Below are positions 51,770 through 61,749 of a DNA stretch of 64,000 nucleotides, piece after piece; positions within the stretch are counted from its first letter, which is position 1; each line of letters opens with the position of its first letter. The position numbers were made by a program, and so were the translations under genes. The stretch is taken from assembly GCA_965224245.1 (NCBI GenBank), contig OZ245046.1, forward strand, positions 128,001 to 192,000. The letters run 5' to 3'. Below the pieces are notes generated by a model. It had not been told where the DNA came from. It did no database searches and saw nothing but the letters and a program-made list of their open reading frames with translations. This stretch comes from Candidatus Eiseniibacteriota bacterium. Lineage in GTDB: Bacteria; Eisenbacteria; RBG-16-71-46; CAZAMP01.

Positions 51770-54670
51770 CTAGGAGCCGGCCCGGAGCTTCTCGAGACGT
51801 CGCTTCGCGCCCTCGACGATGGGAATGCCGGGGTCCGCACTCTCCCAGATGCTCAGGAACTCGTCGTATCGCTCGATCGCCTTGTCGTTCCAGCCCGACT
51901 CCTCATATGCCAGGCCGGCGTAGTAGTGCACGATGACGGCGCTCGTGGGGTCTTCTCCCCAGGACTCGTCGTAACGGTGCAGCGCGGCCTCGTACTCCCG
52001 CACCGCCTCCGACAGCCGGTGCGCGTGCTGATACGCACGTCCGAGATCGACGCGTTGCCAGATGGGTGTGTCGTAGGGGTCTTCCCGAACGATCCACTCG
52101 AAGTGCTCCACGGACTCCTCGAGCTGTCCGCGCGCGCGGGCGAGATGGCCGAGGCAGTAGCGGTACCCTCGTTCGGCGCCCTCGACACCCTCCTCGACGA
52201 GCTGGGCACGGCGCCTCGCAATGATCTCTGCTCGTTCGAGATCGCCGGCGAGCACGTACCAGCGACAGAGCTCCGAGTGAATCGCCGCTCCCGGATCGTC
52301 CGGATCACGGCTGGGCAGATGCTGCCCGTCCGCGATCGCCTCGTCGTACTCCCCGAGGATCTCGTGGATCTGGCCCTTCAGCAGGTGCTTGTCGTAGTGG
52401 TACCAGTCGTCCGTCGTGTTCTCCAGCCGGTCGGCGGCGATGCCCTGGTCGTACTGCTCCAGCGCCGCGGCGAACTTGCCCTGGTACGCCAGGATGTGGG
52501 CCAGATAGCAGCGAGCGTAGCTTCGCGTTCTCGGGCTCTCCGAGCTCAGCAGCCGCCGGTAGGTCGAAGCCGCCGCCGCGTAGTCGCGTTTCGCTCGGTA
52601 CTGGTGGCCCAGCTTCCAGATCGTGAACTCGGAATCGGGATTGATCTCCAGCGCCTTCCGATAGGAGGCGATCGCCTCATCGACCTTTCCTGCCCAGGCG
52701 TACAGGTCTCCGCGCGTGTCATACGGGTTGTACTCGTCGGGGGCCACCTCGATGTACTTGTTGATCGCCCAGATCGATTGCCCGAAGTCGCCGATGGCCT
52801 CGTAGATGTAGGCGAGCGTGTTGTACGGAAGCTTGAAGAGGGGATCGATCTCGATCGCGGCGTGGAGGTGGCGGATCGCTCCCTGTGGGTCGCCGCTGCT
52901 GAGCAGCGTTCCGAGCTGCAGATGGGCTTCCTTGTCGTCGGGATCGAGCGCGATGATCTTCTCGATGGTCTCGACCGAACCGGACACATCATCGTGGAGC
53001 TGCTTGTACTTCGCATCGATCCACAGCCGTTCCTTCCGGGTGACGTTCCGGGCGTGAGCCCACGCCTTCTCGACGAACACCCTTCCCGTTTCCCCAGGCG
53101 CGCTTCGAGCGAGCTGGAAGTAAGCCATGGCGAAGGTGGAGTCGATCTCGACCGCCCGCTGGAAACTCTGCCTCGCTCTCGATCGTTCGAAACGGTTGTA
53201 CAGGTCCAGACCTTCGAGGTAGTAGCGGTAGGCCTCGACGGACTGCGTGGACACCTTGACGTCGGCGGGAGTGGTGGACGTGACCGAGAGGTCCATGTCA
53301 CGCCTGATCTCGTCGGCCAGCCGGTCCGCGATCACGAAGATGTCTTCTTCCTCCGCTCCGCCCACGCGCTGGGATGACGCGACCTGGCCCGTCGCGATGT
53401 CGACGATCTGGGAGGTGGCCACGATCTCGGGCTGGGTCCGGAGCAGGCTCCCCAGCAACATCCACCTGGCGCCGGCCCTTCTCGCGACGTCCGTGGAGGT
53501 GCCGGAATCCAGCTTCTTGAGCCCTTCCTTCCCCTCGAGCTTGAGCAGGTCGTAGAGGCGCTGGCTGGAGATGACCGTCATCGACGACGACTCCGAGAGA
53601 TGGGTGATGAGCAGGTCCGTGATGATCTCGCCCAGCCTCTGCTCGTCCTCGCGGTCGGCCTTGTTGTCGAAGTACATGATCGCCAGCGTGTTCTCGTCGG
53701 TGGTGGGGGCGTTCGTTCGCCCGGCCAGCGGAAGCCGCCTGGCCACGAACAGGAGCGAGACGATGGCCAGCACGGCGACCGGTACGATCCATCGCCGTTG
53801 CCGTCGCACGTGTGACGCTTCGACCGACGGCATCACGACGGTGGCGGCGCCTTCCACGGTCAGTCGACTCTCGCGACGCAGATCGGCCGCGAGGTCGGTG
53901 GCCGACTGGTAGCGCTCGTCAGGATCCTTGGCGAGTGCTTTCCGGACGATCCGTTGCAGCTCGGGGGAGGCGGAGCTGCTGAACCGCGCCAGCGGCTGGG
54001 GCTCCTCGGTGGTGATGGAATGTGCGACCGCCGCGGCGTTCTCGCCACGGAAGGGAAGCCTCCCGGTGACCATCTCGTAGAGGATCGTGCCCAGCGAGAA
54101 GAGATCGGAGCGGTGATCGACGTCGGAGGAGCGCACCTGCTCGGGCGACATGTAGAAGGCGGTACCCAGCGTGACCGAGTCGTCTGTGAGCTTCGTCGCG
54201 CCGGTGACCTTCGCCAGGCCGAAGTCCAGAATCCGGACGTTGTCCGCGGTGTCGATGATGACGTTTGCCGGCTTCACGTCTCGATGCACGATGCCGGCGT
54301 CGTGCGCCCTGGCCAGCCCCTCCGCGATCTGAAGCGCGTACTTGAGCACCTTGTCGATGCGGAGACTCTCGTCGCCAATCGACGCGGAGAGCGGTGCACC
54401 CTCGACGTATGCCATCACGATGAACGGACGTCCCTCGTGCAGTGATACTTCGTGAATCGTGATGACGTTCGGATGATCGAGCGAGGCCGCGGCCTGGGCC
54501 TCGCGCCTGAAGCGGGTGAGTGCATCGGGGTCGGTGGCATCGACGTCGACGAGGAACTTGACGGCAACGCGACGACCGAGCTCGGTGTCCTCCGCCAGGT
54601 AGACTTCGCCCATACCGCCCTGGCCGAGCTTCTCGAGGATCCGGTAGTGGGAGATCGTTCGACCGAGCAT
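51770..54670 (-). CDS. Transmembrane Ser/Thr kinase with TolB_N/FlgO-like and TPR sensor
   Basis: MLGRTISHYRILEKLGQGGMGEV; HRDVKPAN; single TM; LAIMYFDN; many TPRs. Confidence 0.94.
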   Translation of the reverse strand: MLGRTISHYRILEKLGQGGMGEVYLAEDTELGRRVAVKFLVDVDATDPDALTRFRREAQAAASLDHPNVITIHEVSLHEGRPFIVMAYVEGAPLSASIGDESLRIDKVLKYALQIAEGLARAHDAGIVHRDVKPANVIIDTADNVRILDFGLAKVTGATKLTDDSVTLGTAFYMSPEQVRSSDVDHRSDLFSLGTILYEMVTGRLPFRGENAAAVAHSITTEEPQPLARFSSSASPELQRIVRKALAKDPDERYQSATDLAADLRRESRLTVEGAATVVMPSVEASHVRRQRRWIVPVAVLAIVSLLFVARRLPLAGRTNAPTTDENTLAIMYFDNKADREDEQRLGEIITDLLITHLSESSSMTVISSQRLYDLLKLEGKEGLKKLDSGTSTDVARRAGARWMLLGSLLRTQPEIVATSQIVDIATGQVASSQRVGGAEEEDIFVIADRLADEIRRDMDLSVTSTTPADVKVSTQSVEAYRYYLEGLDLYNRFERSRARQSFQRAVEIDSTFAMAYFQLARSAPGETGRVFVEKAWAHARNVTRKERLWIDAKYKQLHDDVSGSVETIEKIIALDPDDKEAHLQLGTLLSSGDPQGAIRHLHAAIEIDPLFKLPYNTLAYIYEAIGDFGQSIWAINKYIEVAPDEYNPYDTRGDLYAWAGKVDEAIASYRKALEINPDSEFTIWKLGHQYRAKRDYAAAASTYRRLLSSESPRTRSYARCYLAHILAYQGKFAAALEQYDQGIAADRLENTTDDWYHYDKHLLKGQIHEILGEYDEAIADGQHLPSRDPDDPGAAIHSELCRWYVLAGDLERAEIIARRRAQLVEEGVEGAERGYRYCLGHLARARGQLEESVEHFEWIVREDPYDTPIWQRVDLGRAYQHAHRLSEAVREYEAALHRYDESWGEDPTSAVIVHYYAGLAYEESGWNDKAIERYDEFLSIWESADPGIPIVEGAKRRLEKLRAGS

Positions 54671-54837
54671 GGACACTTCCATCTCGCTTGATCGACGGAG
54701 GTTAGGAGATAGTCGGTCAGCGGGTCAACGATGGTGCCGAGGATCGGGAGGCAATCCCGCGATGGAAGGAGGATCCGATCGATCTCGGACACGACGCTGG
54801 TCGCTCCCGGACAGCGCACCTCTTCGCAAGAAGGGGA

Positions 54838-54863
54838 GAGCCGCCTCGCGACCGAGGCGGCTC
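54838..54863 (-). terminator. Hairpin downstream of the small secreted gene
   Basis: GAGCCGCCTCG/CGAGGCGGCTC 11-bp stem followed on the minus strand by a pyrimidine run. Confidence 0.5.
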
Positions 54864-54910
54864 GATGCCTTTCTCGTACGCGGGGTGAGGATCAGGGACG
54901 GTGGCGCAGG

Positions 54911-55228
54911 CTAGCTACATGCGTCGATCGAGTATCCCCACGCGGTTGCCACGAACGCGCCGAGCGCCTGCATCGTCGGCTCGGGGATCGCGCCCATCTG
55001 ATACAAGTAGTCGGCCAGATTGGCGAGGCCGGATCGGGGTTCCTCCTGGTCGCTGGCGTGGAATCCCATCTCACCGGCCCGGGCGAAGACGGCGCTGACC
55101 TGTCCCCAGCACGCCGATCCCTGATCGGTGCTCCCGGTGTCATCGGGATCCGCAGAAGCTCCGGTGAACGCCGCCAGCATCATGATCGTTACCAGTCCCG
55201 CAAAGCCGAACATGCAGATGCGCCTCAT
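54911..55228 (-). CDS. Small secreted protein (105 aa, two Cys in the mature part)
   Basis: Signal peptide MRRICMFGFAGLVTIMMLAAFTGASA; CWGQ...MG.H...PR.GL.N. Confidence 0.7.
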   Translation of the reverse strand: MRRICMFGFAGLVTIMMLAAFTGASADPDDTGSTDQGSACWGQVSAVFARAGEMGFHASDQEEPRSGLANLADYLYQMGAIPEPTMQALGAFVATAWGYSIDACS

Positions 55229-55600
55229 CAGGTACCTCGATTGTTGGTAGATGCGAACTCGTCGCCACTCGTCGGCTGGCTCCACCGACACGTTCCCGAT
55301 CGCCTCACCCTGGAGAAGTGTAGCAGGCGATTCAGCGTGCGTCGGAGGCGAAGACACCGACGCACGCTCACACGCGGCCTCGCTCCCGCGAAGTCAGTTC
55401 TCGGTGGCGCCGATCTCGTCGCGCCGGGTCCGGTTTCAGCCGGGACAGCTATATAGCGCGATGGGGATCTTCGGCCGTGGTCGCATCGAGTCGGCCCCGT
55501 TCATTGCCTTGTTGCAGCCTTTGAACACGTTGCCCGGATCCCTCTGACGGCAGCGTGCGAGCCAACCCCGCGTCCGCGCCACCCGCGAGAAAGGTCTCGA

Positions 55601-58540
55601 TCACTCTCCAGTCGGAGATGCGCCGGAGATCCGCGTCAGTCTTGCAGCCGCGTCGACCGCCTCGGGCAGCGGTACGTCCGGATCGCCCCAGCGCGCGAGG
55701 AACTGGCGATAGTGTGCCTCGGCCATCACGATCTCACCGCGACTCTCCTCGAGGCGTGCCAGCGGATGGAGCACGGCCGTGTCGATGATGCGCCACTCGC
55801 CGTGCTCGAACTCCCGACCGAGCCGCGGATAGGGCGGCTCGATCACGCGGCGGTAGGCCTCGATGGCGGCGGTGGTGTCTCCGAGCGCGAGCGACAGTCG
55901 CGCATTCAGCTCTTCCTCCCTCTGCCGGTCCCGGTAGGCCGGCGAGAACCGGGACGCCGCGACCAGCGCCTCCTGTGCCGACGCGGTCAGATCCCGGTCG
56001 AGCGCGATCTCCGCGGACAGGAAGAGGTGCCAGACCTCGGCCTCCGGGCTGCGTGTCGTCGGAAGTGCGGTGCGAGATTCCTCGGCCACCGCGTCGGCAC
56101 CCGGACGGTCGCCGGAGGCGAGCAGGGCGCGAACCAGCCAGTACCGGGCTCGCCAGTAGTACTCGTTCGAGGCGATGGCCTCGCGAGCGGCGTCTCCGGA
56201 CTCCTCCGGCCGGCCGATCAAGAGAAAGACCTCGGCCCGTATCGAATGAAACATGGCCGGGTCCCAGGTCGGCATCGGGTTCAGCCAGATGACCCTCTCC
56301 TCTCGCGACAGCCCATCGAGGAAGCGTCCCTGGCACAGTGCCGCCAGTCCGGCGATGTGTTCGCTGTATGCCCGTTGATAGCCTTCCAGACGCTCGTTCC
56401 CGGCTCGCGCCACCCTCTCGGCCTCGGCGCCGTCGCCGACCTGCATGAGTGCGACGGCGTATCGGTACCATCCACCCCACTGCCCGGCCCTCATTCTCTC
56501 CGATGCGCGCTGCTCGAGCTCCGTCCAATCGCGTCGCGCGGTCAGGAGCGCCATCTCGAGATCCGTCACGACGGGGGTGGTCGCCCCGTCGGCACGTATC
56601 GACCGGATCATGGCTGTGACCTCGGCGGCGTCGCCCCTGAACAGCGAGTGCTCCGCCCAGTGATGGAGCACGACCTGGTAGCTCGGGTCGATCGAGAGCG
56701 CGCGCTCGAATGCGGCCTGTGCCCGGACGGGATCCCAGTGGCGAGCCGAGTGGGTCAGAACCTCACCGAATGCGTCGTGCGCGGCCGCGATCTGGACCTC
56801 GGCCACGATCAGCGGCTCGAGCAGATCGAAGGCCGAGTCGAACTCGGCATCGTTCCAGTCGACCGTCGCCTGGTAGATCGTGCGCCACTGCTCCGAGAGC
56901 CGATCCGTGTACGGGAGTCCCTGCCGCAGCGCCACGTGGGATCCGGCCTGGTCACCCTGCCAGTTCAGAGCCTGAGCCATCTGGAAGTACGCCATGGCGA
57001 AGCTCTCGTCACGGCGGATGGCGGCGGCGAAGTGCTCCGCGGCTTCCTCGAACTCCTGATGATGCAGCGCGAGCTCTCCGGCCGCGTAGTCACGGTATGC
57101 GTCCGGCGACGCGGTCAAGGTACGGGCGAGATCGAACCCGTCGGCCGCGCCGCCGCCGGTGGTCACCCCGAGCTCCCGGCGCACCTCGTTCGCTACGTCG
57201 CCGGCCAGTGCAAAGAGCTCATCCTCGTTCGCGGCATCGTGCCGGCGTGACCCGATGGTGTTCCCGGTGTGCACGTCGACCAGCTCGGCCGTGAGCACGA
57301 TCCGGGAGTTCACGTCCATCACCTGCCCGACCACCATGACGTCGAGCTGTGCGATGCGGGCCGCCTCCCGCGCCAGCGCCATCTCGAGGCCCGGGGTCCG
57401 CGCGCCCGCCCGCTCGAGAGATGCGGTGATCTTCGCCGTCGACGCGATGTCGAGGCCTCCCGACTCCACCAGGGCCGTCGTCACGAGCGCCATGAGCATG
57501 CGGCCGATGTGACCGGAGTCCTCGGGATCGGCGAGGTTCTCGAACCCGACGACGCCCACCGTGGAGCCCGATCCGAGGACGACGTCGGCGGTGGGGCGTA
57601 GCAGGAACCACAGCGTGGCGGTCACGGCAATGACGACGACGGATGCGATCACGGCGGTCACCGGGATCGGCCGGGGACGCCCGGGAAGGGAGCGACCGGG
57701 CGGGTTCGCCGCGAGGTCGACGAGGGCATCGAGCACCTCGGCGCCGCTCTGATACCGCGTGGCGGGGTCCTTCTGGAGACAGCGGTCCACGATCGCATCG
57801 AACCGCGCGGGCAGCGACGGCACGAACTCGCTCGGTGACGTGGGGGCGTCCCGCAGGATCGCGGACGTGAGATCGGAGGGCGTGGCTCCCTGAAACGGCC
57901 GTCGCCCGGTTGCCAGCTCGTGCAGGAGAATGCCCAGCGAGAACACGTCCGTCCGAAGATCGACCTCCAGGCCTCGGACCTGCTCCGGCGACATGTAGGG
58001 AAGCGTGCCGACGACCGAGCCCACCTCCGTCACCGCCGGCGTCGTGGTTTCCGATCCGATCGCGGGGGGAGCGACCAGCTTGGCGAGCCCGAAGTCGAGC
58101 ACCTTGATCGCGCCGTCGTCGGTTGTCATGACGTTCGCGGGCTTCAGATCCCGGTGCACGATCCCTTTCGCATGCGCCGCGGCGAGGGCACGCGCGATCG
58201 CGGTGCCCGTCTCGAGCAGTCGCGCGAACGGCATCCCGCCGGGAGGGATCGTGCGATCCAGGCTCGTGCCATCCACCAGCTCCATGGTCAGGAAGTGGAC
58301 GGCGCCCGCCTGCTCGACCGAGTGGATCGTCACGATGTGGGGATCGTTCAGCGCGGCGATCGTCTTGGCCTCGCGCTCGAAGCGAGCCAGGCCGGCGGGA
58401 TCGGACGCCAGCGAGGCGGGGAGGACCTTGAGCGCGACCCGCCGCTCGAGCGTCAGGTCGTCGGCGACGTAGACCTCTCCCATCCCGCCGGCCCCGATCC
58501 GGTCGAGGATCCGGTAGTGGCCCAGAGTTTCGCCGATCAA
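55601..58540 (-). CDS. Transmembrane Ser/Thr kinase with TolB_N-like and TPR sensor
   Basis: TTG start after SD GGAGGG; GHYRILDRIGAGGMGEV; HRDLKPAN; TM; VVGFENL; TPRs. Paralog of 51770-54670. Confidence 0.93.
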   Translation of the reverse strand: MIGETLGHYRILDRIGAGGMGEVYVADDLTLERRVALKVLPASLASDPAGLARFEREAKTIAALNDPHIVTIHSVEQAGAVHFLTMELVDGTSLDRTIPPGGMPFARLLETGTAIARALAAAHAKGIVHRDLKPANVMTTDDGAIKVLDFGLAKLVAPPAIGSETTTPAVTEVGSVVGTLPYMSPEQVRGLEVDLRTDVFSLGILLHELATGRRPFQGATPSDLTSAILRDAPTSPSEFVPSLPARFDAIVDRCLQKDPATRYQSGAEVLDALVDLAANPPGRSLPGRPRPIPVTAVIASVVVIAVTATLWFLLRPTADVVLGSGSTVGVVGFENLADPEDSGHIGRMLMALVTTALVESGGLDIASTAKITASLERAGARTPGLEMALAREAARIAQLDVMVVGQVMDVNSRIVLTAELVDVHTGNTIGSRRHDAANEDELFALAGDVANEVRRELGVTTGGGAADGFDLARTLTASPDAYRDYAAGELALHHQEFEEAAEHFAAAIRRDESFAMAYFQMAQALNWQGDQAGSHVALRQGLPYTDRLSEQWRTIYQATVDWNDAEFDSAFDLLEPLIVAEVQIAAAHDAFGEVLTHSARHWDPVRAQAAFERALSIDPSYQVVLHHWAEHSLFRGDAAEVTAMIRSIRADGATTPVVTDLEMALLTARRDWTELEQRASERMRAGQWGGWYRYAVALMQVGDGAEAERVARAGNERLEGYQRAYSEHIAGLAALCQGRFLDGLSREERVIWLNPMPTWDPAMFHSIRAEVFLLIGRPEESGDAAREAIASNEYYWRARYWLVRALLASGDRPGADAVAEESRTALPTTRSPEAEVWHLFLSAEIALDRDLTASAQEALVAASRFSPAYRDRQREEELNARLSLALGDTTAAIEAYRRVIEPPYPRLGREFEHGEWRIIDTAVLHPLARLEESRGEIVMAEAHYRQFLARWGDPDVPLPEAVDAAARLTRISGASPTGE

Positions 58541-58719
58541 GATCCCTCCATCGGACGGGCTGGCCGAGCGGGAACGCCGGAGCCACGAGGAGTAGTATCC
58601 GAGAGTGCGAACGTGTTGCCAACCGGTTGTTTGCGGCAACGCGAGGCGTGTCGCACCCCGCAGGTCGTCGTCCCGCGGTGACCCACGCCGAGGTTTCCGT
58701 TTCCGATGCTCGGCGGCAG

Positions 58720-59021
58720 CCTGCCCAACGCCCGCGCCGCCGGCGGCTACGCGCTTCGAGCGGATCGTGCCGACCCCTTCCCGGCTGCGCACGCGCATGT
58801 CGTTCTCGGTCGCGAAGGCCGGGCATGTCACGCTGAGCATCTACGATGCACGCGGTCGTCTCGTGCGCGTTCTCGCGGACGCCTCGATGACGGAGGGGAT
58901 GCACCGGCTCGACTGGGACGGCACGAGCACGCACGGCGAGACGATGCCGAACGGGACCTACTGGATCCGATTGCGGACGCTGGACGCGACGGTCAGTCGG
59001 CGCATCTCGATGGTTTGCTGA
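58720..59021 (+). pseudogene. Orphan FlgD-Ig CTD (fragment or stand-alone)
   Basis: VTLSIYDARGRLVRVL......G.H.L.WDG....G..MPNGTY.IRL...RRISMVC; no signal peptide or passenger domain upstream. Confidence 0.65.
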
Positions 59022-59479
59022 GAGAGCGCGTGTGCTCGAGTGAGGGGCGGTAGCGCTCGAAACAGCCACCGAGTCCCGAGACGTCGCGGGACCCGGGGTG
59101 GATCCGGGTCGATATGGCGAATCGCGTGGCCTCGACTGACACGCAACATCGTCACTCTGTCCGGTGGCCTTGACGATCCGACGGGCCGCATGGATCGAGT
59201 CTGCACGAACGACCGCGATCAGCTGCGATGAGGACGCCTCCCGGACCCGTCTCCTGATCAGATGGAAATGCCTATGTGGCCGCGATATCATGAATTCGAG
59301 CCCGAACCCTGTCGTACACACCAGACCATTGGCGCTAGACTGAACATCCAGTAATCGGGGCTGGATCGGGTCATCGTCGGCGTGCGTCTGTTCGAACGGC
59401 GTGCAGGCGCACACGTCCTCACACTGGATTCCGGCCTCTCTACGGCACTCGAGTCCGAGTCGGGGGGCATCGAGCCGAC

Positions 59480-60061
59480 ATGGAATCCACGGCCACGCTT
59501 CTCTCCCTCGTTCGCGAGGGCGACGAGAAGGCCAAGAGCCGCCTCTTCGAGCGGTACCTTCCACTTCTCGTTCGATGGGCGTCGGGCCGGCTGCCGCCGG
59601 CGACCCGATCGCTGGCCGATACGAATGACCTCGTTCAGGTCACCCTCCTGAAAGCGTTGAACAAGGTAGACGGGTTCCAGCCCCGACACGAGGGGGCGTT
59701 TCTGTACTACCTGCGCCGAGCCCTCGTGAACCAGATCCGCGATCTGATCCGGCATGCGAAGCGGCAGCCCGAGATGCGGTCGCTCTCGGAGGACATTCCC
59801 GACCAGGGTGCAACACCGCACGGGGACGCGCTGAGGGGTGAGATCATGGATCGATACGACGCCGCTCTGGAGACGCTCACGCCGGCTCAGCGCGAGGCCG
59901 TCGTGTTGCGCCTGGAGCTGGGGCTCACGCACGTGCAGGTGGCCGAGGCGCTCGAGGACTGCCCGTCCGCGGACGCGGCGCGCATGCTGGTCACGCGCGG
60001 CATTCTCCGCCTGGCCAAGGAGATGGGACCCGACCTGAACCCCGATGGGAGCACCCGTTGA
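59480..60061 (+). CDS. ECF RNA polymerase sigma factor (kinase-associated type)
   Basis: ST..LL..VR.GD..A..RLF.RY.P.L...A..RL...DT.DLVQ.T; L...QREAVVLR.E.GL....VAE.L...S..AAR....R. Confidence 0.93.
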   Translation: MESTATLLSLVREGDEKAKSRLFERYLPLLVRWASGRLPPATRSLADTNDLVQVTLLKALNKVDGFQPRHEGAFLYYLRRALVNQIRDLIRHAKRQPEMRSLSEDIPDQGATPHGDALRGEIMDRYDAALETLTPAQREAVVLRLELGLTHVQVAEALEDCPSADAARMLVTRGILRLAKEMGPDLNPDGSTR

Positions 60062-61749
60062 CGCCCGACGACGAGGTTCTTCGCAGGATAGCCGAGGAGA
60101 TCGCGGACCTCCGCTCCATCGACTGGGAGCAGGAGAGCGTCGTGGACGGCCCGCTGGCGGTGAGGCTAGGGAACCTGCGTCTTCTGGACGCGATCCGGTC
60201 TCTCCACCAGGACAGCGCGGACCCCGACGGTGCGACCACGACCGAGGATGCGAAGCCCGGTCCGTCGGCCGAACCGGAGATCGGCTCGTACTGGGGTCCG
60301 CTGCGTATCGTCGAGCGTGTCGGCCACGGATCCTTCGGCGACGTCTTCCGGGCGTGGGACCCGACGCTGCAGACACACGTGGCGCTCAAGCTGCTCCACC
60401 GGCGGCGAGGGAAACCGGGGCGGTTGCTCCGAGAAGCACGCCAGATGGCGAAGGTGCGTCACGAGAACGTCGTCACGGTGCACGGCGCCGCGGAGCACGA
60501 CGGGCGGATCGGGATCTGGACCGAGTTCATCGAGGGGAAGACGCTCGAGCAGGAGCTCTCCGAGCGCGGCGCCTACGGAGCCGACGAGGCGGCGCTGGTG
60601 GGCCGGGATCTCGTCCGCGCCATCGCCGCCGTCCACGCGGCCGGGCTCGTGCACCGCGACATCAAGACGACGAACATCATGCGCGCGGTGGGGGGGCGGC
60701 TGGTGCTCATGGACTTCGGCACCGTGATCGATCGGGAGCAGCTCGAGTCGCTCGGACCCTCCGACGCGTTCGTGGGAACGGCGCTCTACATGGCGCCCGA
60801 GCTCTTCCTGGAAGGACACGGCGGCAAGGCGGCCGACGTGTACTCGCTGGGTGTGGTTCTCTATCGCCTCGTGACCGGGACCTTCCCGGTCGACGCGAAG
60901 AACCCGATCGAGCTCGGGGCCAAGCATCGCCGAGGTGAGCGTGTCCCGCTGCGCGATGCCCGACCGGACCTGCCGGCCGCCTTCGTGAGCATCGTGGATC
61001 GCGCTCTCGCGACGACGCCCGAGGACCGGCCCGGAAGCATGGGCGAGATGGAACGCGAGCTGGTCTCGTTCCTGAGCGCGCTCCCCGGGGATCCCCGGTC
61101 CGTCCGACGGAGCCTCCCGCGCTGGATCCTCCCGTTGGCGGCGACCGCGCTCGTGGTGGTCGCGATCCTACTCTGGTCGCTCGTGTCCGGTGGTGCAGGG
61201 GAGCTCCGTGTCGATGCGGAGCTCTTCCGGGATCGGGTGGGGGTCGAGGAGCGGCTGCGAGCGGGCGGTCGCGTGCAGCCCGGAGACCACCTCTTCCTGG
61301 AGCTGCTCGCGTCGACCGACTTCCACGCCTACGTGTTCAACGAAGACGAGCAGGGAAACACGCATCTCCTGTTCCCGCTCACCGGGCTCGAGCCCTCCAA
61401 CCCGCTCGAGGGTGGACGCACCCACCGGCTACCCGGATCGCGCGACGGTGTTCCGTTGACCTGGGACGTCGACGCCTACGGCGGGCGCGAGACCCTGTAC
61501 ATCGTGGCGTCACGGGCTCCCCTCGAGGATCTCGAGGCAGAGATGCGACGCTTTCCCGAGGCGGGATCCTCGCCGGGGATCCCGATCGGGTCCGGTTTCC
61601 TGCGACGCAGCATCGGAGGGCTCGGGTCGGCCGCGGCCGAGCGGGCGGCGGATGAGCCGACGCTCGGAGACTTCATCGGCCGGCTATCGACCGAGCGAAC
61701 CAGTGAGCTCTGGACGTGGTCGATCCAGCTGGAGAATCAGCCACCATGA
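60058..61749 (+). CDS. Transmembrane Ser/Thr kinase with C-terminal DUF4384-like domain
   Basis: VG.GSFG.V, HRDIKTTN, DFG, GT.LYMAPE; TM; G..VQPGD.L.L...YVFN.DE.G...LLFP...ETLYIVASR.PL; TTGA overlap with the sigma gene. Confidence 0.9.
   Translation: MTPDDEVLRRIAEEIADLRSIDWEQESVVDGPLAVRLGNLRLLDAIRSLHQDSADPDGATTTEDAKPGPSAEPEIGSYWGPLRIVERVGHGSFGDVFRAWDPTLQTHVALKLLHRRRGKPGRLLREARQMAKVRHENVVTVHGAAEHDGRIGIWTEFIEGKTLEQELSERGAYGADEAALVGRDLVRAIAAVHAAGLVHRDIKTTNIMRAVGGRLVLMDFGTVIDREQLESLGPSDAFVGTALYMAPELFLEGHGGKAADVYSLGVVLYRLVTGTFPVDAKNPIELGAKHRRGERVPLRDARPDLPAAFVSIVDRALATTPEDRPGSMGEMERELVSFLSALPGDPRSVRRSLPRWILPLAATALVVVAILLWSLVSGGAGELRVDAELFRDRVGVEERLRAGGRVQPGDHLFLELLASTDFHAYVFNEDEQGNTHLLFPLTGLEPSNPLEGGRTHRLPGSRDGVPLTWDVDAYGGRETLYIVASRAPLEDLEAEMRRFPEAGSSPGIPIGSGFLRRSIGGLGSAAAERAADEPTLGDFIGRLSTERTSELWTWSIQLENQPP

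Noticed and set aside
50659-51840. N-terminal extension of the 1589-aa ORF
   Set aside because: Overlaps the methyltransferase in another frame and is Arg-rich noise; the real kinase starts near 50658.
59022-59479. Riboswitch or ncRNA upstream of the ECF operon
   Set aside because: No recognisable conserved motif; only short GC hairpins expected by chance.
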